Program-made: the position numbers and the translations under genes
Notes under the pieces: model-generated
Seen by the model: only the letters and a program-made list of their open reading frames with translations
Told to the model about the DNA's origin: nothing
Database searches by the model: none
Shown: in pieces, positions 53,547 through 64,000 of the stretch
How the letters are laid out: every line of letters starts with the position of its first letter
How positions within the stretch are numbered: position 1 is the first letter of the stretch
Source of the DNA: Octopus sinensis
Taxonomy: Eukaryota
Direction: 5' to 3'
NCBI RefSeq assembly: GCF_006345805.1
Contig: NC_043008.1
Location: 28,706,001-28,770,000 of the forward strand
Length of the DNA: 64,000 bases

Positions 53547-56042
53547 AATAAGAAGAGATAAAAAATTCAAAATTATTAAATTTAAACGTAAAGTATGAAC
53601 GAGAGCAAACAGCGTCCACACATTGAGGGAATGACTTTGTTAGTTTTTAAGTTACAATTTTGTAACAGTCGAATAGAAAGACAGAAAATAAACAGAAAAA
53701 AGAAGACGGCAGAAAAAAGGAAAGAAAAAGAAAGAAGAATATTTAATCAAACATTTTTGTATAAATTTGATGATTCTCTCCTGTCATCTTATTCATTCCT
53801 CCAGAAATGTTATTAACCCGCAAACATATTTCTCTTCATACATTCTGAGAAGTGAACGTGAAGCAGATTCAGAATATTTTCTGAGAATATACACTTTCAA
53901 GTCTTCTTCAAAATTGCATCCGCTTGAAACGGAATGTTGAGCAAGTTCTGTCGAACTACTGTTATTGTGCCTGAAGTCGAATCTGTGCCCATTAAACCTT
54001 TTGTTTTATTGTTCTGTTGTACTACTAACATAAATTAAGTTGTGTTTCATGCATTCTGCAGCGTACACCAAATGGGAATCTTTACATGTGCCACCCACTG
54101 TATAAATCATAACATTCCTGTTATGATTTCTGATGGAATTCACTTCCCTCATGGTGTTGTACAATGAACAGGGCTTACCTCTCTTGCGACTATTCTTTAA
54201 GGTACAGCGTGCACATACTCCAATGTTCGTTTTCTTGGAGTCATATATAGAGGTCAATAATTGTCTTATATTTTTATTCCGTCTAAAGGCTACAATAGAC
54301 GGCTGAGGAAATATCTATTTCAAGCGAGGATATTTTTTCGCCACATGCTGGTAATTTTCATGCAATAGTTTTGAAATGTGAGCGAAATGTCTGTACCAGC
54401 TAATCACTAAAGGAAATCTGTCATTTATTGTATCGTGTTTGCTAAAATTATGCGTGTAAGTTTGACTATCTTTGCTAATCTTAGCTATCTCATTTGCTAT
54501 TTCTTTTAATCGTGGTTCACTGTAACCGCGTTTGACGTAATGATGTATAAAAGCATTTGCATGTTTCCAGTAATCCGCTATGTCAGTAAAAATCCGCTTT
54601 ATACTTAATAATTGGGATTTCGGATTTGAGCGAATAAGTTGATGTGGATTATCGGAGCGGCGGTGGAGATAAATGTGGGATGACGTGGGCTTGCAATATA
54701 ACTCTGTCACTATTCAGCCTTCAGAAAATCTGACTTTTGTGTCCAAAAATTCAACGCTAGTTTTTGAAAAGCTAGACGTAAATGTTATGCTAGACTTAAA
54801 GCCAGTTTCTAGCATAACATCCCAGACAAAAAATATGTAGTCAATGAACTGTAACCAGAGCATGAAGGGATGACAATGAAGGGATTGGAATGTCTTCAGT
54901 AATTGTGTCTAGAGTTTTGGCATGAAGACATTAGCGAAATTAGCCAGTGCGCAACCATCGTCTGGTGGTAAAGTCGTTGTCTAAATTTCATTGCGTTACT
55001 TTCAAACACAAACCTCAATAAACTACAGAGAAAATTTGATAGAATTATTTTGTTCGACCGCTTTTCGAAGGCATCCGTGCATGCTTCTACCACTTCATTG
55101 TGGTCAATATTGGGATATAAGGAAGAAACATCCATGTTTACCAGAAAAAAAAAAACAGTTCTCGATACGGCCTCGGTGTTGATTTTAGATACAAAATCAA
55201 AGGTATCCCGGATATAGGAACGTGATTGTTTTCTGACGGTGAGTAGAAAGCTGTCCAGCCATTCCGAAATTTTCGTCGTGCAATATTCATATCCGCTGTG
55301 AATTGGGCGCATTGGAAGAAATCTTTCGCACTTTTTGTGTATTTTAGGGAGATCATAAAATACAGGTGTTCTTTCTGATCTTAAAATATAGATTCAGCCT
55401 TATTAACGAAATTGTTTTCCTCCATTTCCAGAATTATTTTGTCAAGTTCCTCTCAGTAATTGGGGTTTGGATCGACAGGTAATTCTTCATGTAATATTTT
55501 GTCATTTAAAACTTCTTAATAAGCCGAAATATACTCAATTTTCCCCATAATTACAATAGCGCCTCCCTTATCCGCCATCTTAATAACAATAGAATCGTTA
55601 TTAGCTAGACATCGGGGTGCGTAAATTTGGGAACTTGTGAGGTTATTCCAGGACTTCTATCCACTTATTTTAAGGCTTTCTTTAATGCCTGCCTGACAAG
55701 ATTCAAGAAATTCAAGTAGTGCTTGTGAACGTCCATGCTGAACTGTATCCCGATCTGTAACAGTATCTTGATACCAATTGGGATTCTTTTAAATCTAATT
55801 ATGCCAGATTCGATCATCATTATTTTTATTTTTAGTAAACATAGGAGTTTCGTTATCAGTTTTTTTCAAAAAAATATTCTTTCAGCTTCTGATGGCGGAC
55901 AAACTGTCTTTCTTTTCGCCTGTATAAAATTGTAACTTAAAAACTCATAATACTATTCCATCATCGTGTGGACGCTGGTTGCTACTCGTTTAAACTTTAC
56001 GTCTAAATTTTTATAAATTTGAATTTGTATCACTCCTTATTT

Positions 56043-56083
56043 TTAACTTGACAAAGACAGAGGTACTGTTGAAATATAGTTCA
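56043..56083 (+). ncRNA. Inverted copy of the 53.5-kb hammerhead
   Basis: TTAAC / TTGACAA / A / GACAG-AGGTA-CTGTT / GAAA-TA-TA / GTTCA; one stem I mismatch. Confidence 0.65.
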
Positions 56084-56159
56084 ACTAATAAAATATCTTA
56101 CAATCGAATCGCGCTCTTCGTCTTGACTATCAATATTAATATTGATATCGATATTATTA

Positions 56160-56350
56160 AGGCGGCGAGCTGGCACACTGCTAATATTGCTTAGCGAAAT
56201 TTCACCCGTCGCTACGCTCAAATTCCGTCCAGGTTGACTTTGCCTTTCATCCTTTTGTGGTCGATAATCTAAGTACCAGTCATGTACTGTGTTCGATGTC
56301 ATTAACTTCCCACAAATTTCAGATCTTGTGCATGTTGTAGAAAATATTAT
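56160..56350 (+). mobile_element. SINE (third family; also 59940-60100 + and ~61110-61260 degenerate)
   Basis: Shared core (GAG/CAG)GT(C/T)GACTTTGCCTTTCATCCTTT...AAGTAC(C/T)(A/G)GT...ACTGTGTTCGATGT. Confidence 0.75.
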
Positions 56351-56404
56351 TATTAATTATCATTCATCATCATTATTATTACTATTATTATTATTATTAT
56401 TATA

Positions 56405-56439
<35 letters not shown>

Positions 56440-56829
56440 GGCCGCTATACTGTAAAGTCACCGTAAGTTGAAAAAGTGTTTCAAAGCGTTTCGGCCTTCT
56501 AAGGCCTCGTCTTTTCATTTCTTTTGTTACTATTACATTTCTGACGTTGTCTGGATTGCGCAGATAGAATGTTTTGCGTAGAAACAACCACTGTTTCGCA
56601 GAGGGCACCCATAAATAATTTTTAAATTTTACCTGCTTTCAGTAAACACAAATATTTTGCTTTTTAAAAGATGGCTGATAAAGAAGCCATCATAATGTTC
56701 GAGAAAGGAAAGGGCTTATTGTCGCAGAAGATTGAGAATAAGGAAAGAATTGAGCATATCGATTTGGAATGGCCTAGCTTAATGAGTTCACCAAGGCGAT
56801 ACATGTTTCGTCTCTAAGCAACGTCAAAA

Positions 56830-56883
56830 ACGTTCGACAACGAGGACAACAAGAACAACAGCAGCAGGAACAGCAGCAGCAGC

Positions 56884-56919
<36 letters not shown>

Positions 56920-57017
56920 AATAATAATAATAATAATAATAATAGTAATAATAATAATAATAATAATATAAAGCAAAAGTCAAAGATAGAATAATAATAA
57001 TAATAGTAATAATGATG

Positions 57018-57089
<72 letters not shown>

Positions 57090-57090
57090 G
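56830..57090. repeat. Compound (CAA/CAG)n-(TAA)n microsatellite
   Basis: Direct. Confidence 0.95.
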
Positions 57091-58960
57091 CAACAAGAAT
57101 ACGAAAGAAATGAAAGATTAAACCACAAATATCGCCACTGCGTCTTTTCAATCAGTGGTGAGAAACATGAAAAGTTTTCACATAGGTGAAGAAGAATTAA
57201 AATTAGCAAGGAAAATTGTAAATAATGATGGGAGAAGGGAGCTCTAAACTCTCCATCCGACGTGATAGAAAATATCGCAAGGTGCACGGCCACATACGGT
57301 TGCATTGGAGTCAAATCTCGGCGAGTGGAAAATGCTCCCGAGTGCGAAGTACATAATGCCTTGGGTGCGTGTGGGAACAAAGACTCACATCAACCGAGGA
57401 TAGAAGTTTGAAACCATCGAATTGAGATTTGTGACGAAGATGAAGCTAGCTGTAATTCCGCAACCACTTTGAAGAATGACAAGATGTTCTTAATCCCCAG
57501 AAATCGCAGCTAACGTTTGCTAAGATTAGGGTGCTGAATATGTCGCGAGAAATATCCATTCCCTGGTTAGTCGCGGCTGTCCTGGCAGGTTTAGAACAAG
57601 AAGTCACAATACTGTAGGTCAAGAAACTACCTAAGCAAAACTGGTTAGGTATAAGTATGGAACTGACCTTGCATATCGACCAGCTGCCCGATTTAATCGA
57701 TCTTACCTCTTAGTGTTCGTGAAGGGTAGAAAGTCAAAATGTCACAAATGTAGATCTGTAAAACTTTAAAACTTTCCCTGCATTGAAACAACGGAAAATA
57801 AAGTCTCAACGCTGCCAACATTACAAAAACCAGAAGCGCAATATCAAAAAGAAGTGCTCAATGCCATTCTCCCACGGCCGCACTCACACCCACTTCCAAA
57901 CCACGACAAAGAAGGCATCTACTCACGATTACCAGGGAAAATAAAGTTTCTCCTGAATACTTTCCCTCCCAAACCAACATCAGCGGCAATGATATACTGA
58001 AGTAAGAGTTGAACGATCAATGGATCACAGGGACAAAAGTTGGTAGGAGAAAGTGAGGTAGACTACATAGTCCTCTTTCAAGAAATCAACAAAAAATTAC
58101 TCTGAAACCACAACAAAGACTGCGAGAACAAAATCAAACAACTCAAAAACAGCAACAACATCAACAACAGTATGAAATTAAAGAAGCCGAGAAACAACCG
58201 ATTACAGAACTCCAAAAATAATAATCAGATTGTAGACGAATGTATCCATCAATTTTAATGTTTTGAACAAGTGGATTGATGGATTTTGAACAGTGGATTG
58301 ATGGATTTTGTAAATAAAAATAAAAATAAAATAAAAACAGAGGGAAACGAAGTTGAGGATTTCTTTCTCAAAACACCCAATGACAGAGCCTTAATCAAAA
58401 CATCGTCAGATAGAAAACTTCCCAGGAAGTGAGGTTATTAAAAAAACTATTGGAACAAGGCTGTTAGAAAGGCTTTCTAAACGATTTTCACCAGTAGAGA
58501 AGCCTGGAACTTCAGGGCTTTTCGAAAGCCAACGTGTCTAACCTCCGCCGACTAGTATAGATGGGCAGAGAATGGGGTGTGTGGAAGTGCGTGGCCTCGG
58601 ATAAGCTTGGAAGCAAGTTCGCTTGCTCAATGATCACATATCATATGGTTTGTACGTGGCTGCAATTAGTGAAAGAAGGATCTCCGGAAAACACGCTCTA
58701 ACATCTATTTTCGAGGAACGAGGTATTCTCAGCCTGTGGTCTATTAGGAGTGGGTTGTGGTTTGGCAGTGCTACTCCGGAAATCCTTAGATCTCCAAGTT
58801 CGGATCTTGGAACCGGATGGGAGTGGCGTCCTGGAAATAAATTGCAGCGAAGATGAGGCCTTTAGAGTAGTGACGGTTTATGCCCCAATTAGGGTCAGAG
58901 CCGATTTAAAGAACGTTAGCCTACTAGTTTTTTATAAGCAAGCTTCGATCTTCTGCTGCC
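57090..58960 (+). mobile_element. Tx1/L1-like LINE 5' portion (ORF1 with Zn knuckle plus APE start), decayed
   Basis: VFVKGRKSKCHKC (knuckle), WKQVRLLND...YVAAISE, GLAVLLRKSLDLQV...AFRVVTVYAP. Confidence 0.7.
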
Positions 58961-58964
58961 AATA

Positions 58965-59900
58965 TGAAACTCCAGTCTCTGCATTCTGTCCTGATCTTCT
59001 CTGCAACTGATGGGTTGTTGCTTGCTCTACATCAGCATTTCGGCTTCGAAGTATATACTATCCATGCAGAGTCGTCTGCCTACACTGCGCCTCAATTTGT
59101 TTCTTTCCGTTCTTTTTTGAATTCTGCTCGATCCGTTTTCCTTATTTTAGGGCAAGTGGTTTCAGGCTCATCAACTATTTCAGAGTTAATGTTAAGTTCC
59201 CTTGGAAATTTGCAAACTTCCTTGACTGTAGAATGTGATTTTTTGCTGCTTTCGAGTTTGCATACAAGCCGCAGCGTTCAGTCTTTAGTACTGCTTTTAA
59301 GTAGTGTATATTCTTAGAAGTTAGAAGTTTTCTTGTCTTCCTGGCCAGGCGTTGAAGTACAGAAAGACTTCAGTTAATAATGTTAAAACTATATAAGACT
59401 ACAGGAATTGTCCGGATGTTAATGGCTTCCATGCTATTTTTCGAGTTGTGTTCAGTTTTTAGTATGATTCTTACTCTCCAGTAAATCTCTTTTCTTAATT
59501 TTTCCTTCATAGTAACATGTTGTATACTATTTCCTTTATTTACACCCAGTATTTGTAATTTTCTTGTAGGTCAAGCTCCTTGAATGTAGAGTCGTTATCT
59601 TATTTAAAGGAAGCTGTGTACCTGAGCTTGCCTCTTTCAAAAGTTGTTTGACACATTTATGAAGGTCAAAATCCATCTCGATGTCATTACTGAACTCTTT
59701 AACATTTGTCAGCTCTTCGTCGTTTCTAGCAAACAGCTTCAGATAGTCCATACCAAGCAGATGGCTTATTGTTGTATTCTAAACTTTGAATACATACCTG
59801 ATATTATGCAATTCGTTTCAGAGTAGGATCGGTGCTATACTAAAGACAATTGGGGAGAGGAAGGGGTCACCTGGAAAGATACCTCGTTTGATGTTGCTAT
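58965..59900 (-). mobile_element. Dong/R4-clade RT fragment (decayed)
   Basis: RGIFPGD, MDYLKLFARNDEEL...FSNDIEMDFDLHKC, TTLHG.Y...AETG. Confidence 0.85.
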
Positions 59901-60135
59901 TGTTAGATTAGGTCATTCCATTACTATGATTTAGAAGGGGATGTTTATTTCGCCCGTCATTACGTTCTGAGTTCAAATTCTGCCGAGGTCGACTTTGCCT
60001 TTCATCCTTTTGAGGTAGATTATATAAGTACTGGTTACGCACTGTGTTCGATGTAATCGACATAAACTCCTCCCTCTAGCTGCCCATATGGCAAAAAAGT
60101 TGATATCGTTCTTCTTCTTCTTCTTCTTCTTCTTC

Positions 60136-60189
<54 letters not shown>

Positions 60190-62582
60190 TATTATTATTA
60201 TTACTATTACCATCATCATCATCATCATCATTATTATCACTGAATATTTTTATGCTATCGACAATGAGTCTGCATTTGAAATGACTTTTCAATGAATATC
60301 AAAAATCTGTGAAATTTTGAAAGCTGCACAACTAGATTTAATACTCCGCATTTGTCCAATTATCTGCCAGTTAGTGATAATATCGCTTGTCTGTTGAAGT
60401 GTCTTGATATTTTAACAATGTCATGTATGTCGAGTAACATTTTATGAAGCGCGTCATTAAAATACTAAACATTGTAATTTCCTATAGAATAACTTAGAAG
60501 GAAATAATGCTGGACGAATACAAACAATACGGTTATGAATTTATAATTCACCCCTTAGATTTGGGATCAAATATGATCTATCGAAGATTTGAATAACCAA
60601 GCTTGAGTGGTGTACCTGAGCTTGCCTCTTTCAAAAGTTGTTTGACACATTTATTCAGTGAAATTTAATATTACATTATCAATGAAATATTTTGGATTGT
60701 TTGGTAATATTTCTGTGGCTATAGTACTGTTGTAGAAAGTACTAGCTCAAGGTGGTACGCAGAAATATGTTGTTGGGACGTTGTGGGCTATTATAAACAC
60801 TACGCTTGGTTTATATTTACGATTTAAGCTTGAATTTGATATTTCGGAAATAATTAGATATCTGGCGATATATTGCAAGCTTTCTCATTCCAACTAAGTT
60901 TTAGTTCAAGTTTCAAAGAGTTAAACGGTAACAATACATGGACCTAATCTGTGTTCACTATATTTCATTAACTTGTAGAGTATGAAAGTGAAATTTATTG
61001 TCAAATAAGATAAACCTCGACAACTATACTTCCTTTTACACATTGCGTGTATACAATTTAATCCTATAAACAGCTGATATAGTTTTCGTTATGCCTAAGA
61101 TATACTGTAGCTCAATAATTGCTATGGGGGTAGGGAAATGATAGAATCGTTAACGTGTCAGACAAAAGGCCATACAGTATTACTTTCACTCTTTCCGACC
61201 TAGTTTTTAATCCCAACTAGAATCAGATTAATTATTTATGTATTCATTGTCAATACCGTAAACTACCAGCTAGATTAGGTGATATCAACAACCATTCACT
61301 CCCATTAAACTCTCTATTGATGCGCCAGGGAAACCATTAATAACCAATATGTCTGTTAACGACGATTAATCCATCTTAAAGCAGACAATCTCAGAAATAG
61401 TTTTGAAATTACGTTTCATATAATTTCGTGACTGACAAATCTTATCTGAATATTTTACATATTTTTAATTAGAAATATAATGTAAAAACATGTTAGTAAT
61501 TTAAATTTGACGTCGCACTAATTTGCCCATTATTGAAAATATTATATTTTTGGTGATATTTTTTAGTTAATTATAATTTCATTTCAAAATATCATTTATA
61601 AACAGTATAATTTATATATCATCGTATTAAACGTTGAGTATTTTTATGCTTTCAAATGAGAGTTAATACGTTGAGTTAATCATATTTATCATATTTATTT
61701 ATATTAACCAACTAAAACTCTTTATATAAATTACTAAGTTACAGTGGAGTTTTCATTACATAGATATTTGAAACTTTACATAATATGATATGCTTACTTC
61801 ATAATTAAATTCGTCGGAATCACACATTCACATTTTCTTTTAAGGTTTCTGGTTCAATTCCTGCGTTACAGATGAGTTGCAATATATCTCTGTGGAGTCG
61901 ATAATTTAAGTATTCAGAGAAGTACCTAGCTTAATTAAGTAAAGACAATCTACGGTGTAGTGAATGAAATAAAATTATGCAGTCTTATATTCAACATATT
62001 CATGAGCGTTCTCACATTTAATTAAAGTCATTTTCGTTATTGCTTTGGGGAGAGAACTTTTTGACATGGGAATTGTTGGAAAACAACAAACTGATCTATG
62101 AAGAACTTTATCGAAATGTATGTAGGACACGTGTTTATTTGTCATAATGCTTCATCAAGTACATATAAGTGCAACTCTTCTTAGTGATCTTTGAAACTGA
62201 TCCTGTGTTTCTATTTGATGATGATTCGGAGCACTTTAAGCTTGTGTTCAACAGCCCGCTGGCATCTGTCACAGCCAGCACGCTATGGTTTCATACAAGT
62301 CAGCAAGGATGTGTTTTCTTTTTTGCTGTTGATTTTTCTAAAGATAGCTACTGCATTTAAGCTCTTTTTGAGTCTGGTTGAACATGTTTCCTTTTATTTT
62401 TTTCATCCATTAAACTGCGATCATGCTGGAGAACTGCCTTATAGAATTGTTAGTCGAACGTATCGATCCCAGTATTTATTTTCTAAAGTCTGGTACTTAT
62501 ATTATCGGTATCTTTTGCTAAAGTTACGGGAAGCAAACATCAAGCGGTGCTTGGGGAATAAATACTTTCAACGATACACACA

Positions 62583-62654
<72 letters not shown>

Positions 62655-62659
62655 CATAT

Positions 62660-62820
62660 ATACGACAGGGATTTTTCAAATTCTCTCTACCAAGTCCACT
62701 CACCAGGTTTTAGTCGGTCCCGGTCTATAGTAGGACACACTTGCCCACGGTGTTACAATGTGGGACTGAACCCGGTACCATGTGATTGGAAAGCAAGCTT
62801 CTTACCACATAGTCACACCT
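62660..62820 (-). mobile_element. tRNA-derived SINE
   Basis: GTGTGACTATGTGGTAAGAAGCTTGC...GGGTTCAGTCCC head; same family as 43490-43775. Confidence 0.8.
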
Positions 62821-63229
62821 CCACCTATGAACACAAAATATAAATGTACTCGGCTTTATGTTAATAATCGCATCTTAGTGTGTCATTAATTGTTTAATAC
62901 CAGCTTAAAGAAAATATGAATGTACAGCAAAGTTATTCGCTGTTTACAAAGGAAAACGGCAGATTTAGTTGGCTGTGAATGAGAGAATGTGTGTCTGTGG
63001 CTGTTAAAGCGTATCGAGTATAATGTTATTAATAGTCCAGTTCAGTGAGTTGTCACGCACATTCTCTACAAAAAGTCTTGCGAAAATCAACCAACATTAT
63101 ACAGTTATACAGATTTTTTGTAGAGCAATTCTTACGATTAGCTCGCCAAGAGAGAGAGAGCGAGAGAGAATACTTAATATCGCCCACATATCAGCATTTC
63201 ATATTTAGTGGATTGTTTTTCTCTTTTTA

Positions 63230-63620
63230 GTTAAAGATTCGTAATTCATAAACATTTATAATTGTACGTCCTTTTACTTTCTCTTTTGCGATCGCCTCAG
63301 CATACCACCATAACTACTCGGGACAGACTAATATCGAACACACGGAAACGTTTTCAGTCACAACTCGCTCTACTGAGTGCGTAAGCACCTGTTGCGTTTG
63401 CATCTACTGAATCCTTGTTGTAGAAACATAGACATGCTTAAGAAAATTCAGATCCAAACGTAAGAGAGCCGTGTCAGCATCATATGATATGTCGTCGAAA
63501 AATACACTAACCATGTCGGACACCACATCAGATGAGTTGGCCTTCACATTTTATATAAAAAAATCTGGTAGTTGCAAGATAGCAACATAATGGAAGTGAT
63601 CGGTGTTTCCACATCGGCTC
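63230..63620 (-). pseudogene. Protein-like decayed frame, possibly a DNA-transposase remnant
   Basis: KANSSDVVSDMVSVFFDDISYDADTALLRLDLNFLKHVYV...THSVERVVTENVSVCS with 2 stops; the HxxVER motif recalls transposase C-termini. Confidence 0.3.
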
Positions 63621-64000
63621 AAGTCCATGATGGGAACCAATGTTGTAGAGAACTGGGAATGAAAACTGCTTGTTGTCTGCTTTACTTTTGAACTGCCAAG
63701 TCGATTTCAGATGTTACATATACATAAGGACTTCGTTTCCCTACATTTTGATCACATAACTTCTTAAATATAGCTAATATTTTACTTGTAACTTTTACTA
63801 CATAATTCAGTATCTAGTTGATTATTGTATATAAATCATATTTAGTAACTCGTGAATTTTTACACAATATTATATGTTTCGCGGTTAAAATATTGTCATC
63901 TTTGTGCGTAATGGTGACACCGCACTCAAGAATTATTGCACTCCAAAGCAATGCAGACTTTTCTAGGTGTTCTATCTTCATATTGCACCGATCTTTTTCA

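Larger units (their letters stand above)
53463..56125 (-). mobile_element. Penelope-like element (RT plus GIY-YIG, decayed) bounded by 222-bp inverted repeats
   Basis: FVRHQKLKEYF, NDSIVIK..DKGGAIVIM, RPIHSG...SYIRDTFDF...VNMDVSSLYPNIDH, LYCKPTSSHIYLH...KRGY, GGTCKDSHLVYAAEC...YV. Inverted repeats at 53463-53684 and 55904-56125. Confidence 0.9.

Noticed and set aside
56478-56520. GACGA-GGCCT-TAGA-AGGCC-GAAA-CGC motif (minus)
   Set aside because: Good stem II, but the core 5' bases and stem I are missing; at best a relic and not counted.
63301-63380. Plus-strand 80-nt candidate exon
   Set aside because: No recognisable peptide, and the opposite strand is more protein-like; kept only as a low-interest note.

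Overview
AT-rich, microsatellite-saturated eukaryotic DNA. The SINE, RTE, CR1, Dong/R4, Penelope and mariner content suggests a coleoid cephalopod such as Octopus (inference). I found no convincing host protein-coding gene, rRNA, intact tRNA or CRISPR array, and most listed ORFs are microsatellite translations or broken transposon frames. The window is a mosaic of decayed elements: RTE/BovB-like LINEs, a CR1 RT fragment, Tx1/L1-like pieces, Dong/R4 pieces sitting in (TAA)n, two mariners, Tc1 and Chapaev3-like fragments, non-autonomous Helitron-like units, a MITE and tRNA-derived SINEs. The main hidden structure is a dense set of about 18 type I hammerhead-ribozyme-like motifs, found by manual folding, in the terminal repeats of Penelope-like elements. 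Several have self-complementary helix III loops, and at least four sequence families use the compensatory U3:A8 core (UUGANAA). Seven inverted duplications, from 90-450 bp ORF-less foldbacks to 1.9-2.7 kb ORF-bearing elements, share one polarity: the ribozyme strands point outward from the centre. Coordinates of decayed elements are approximate, and no database search or folding program was run.
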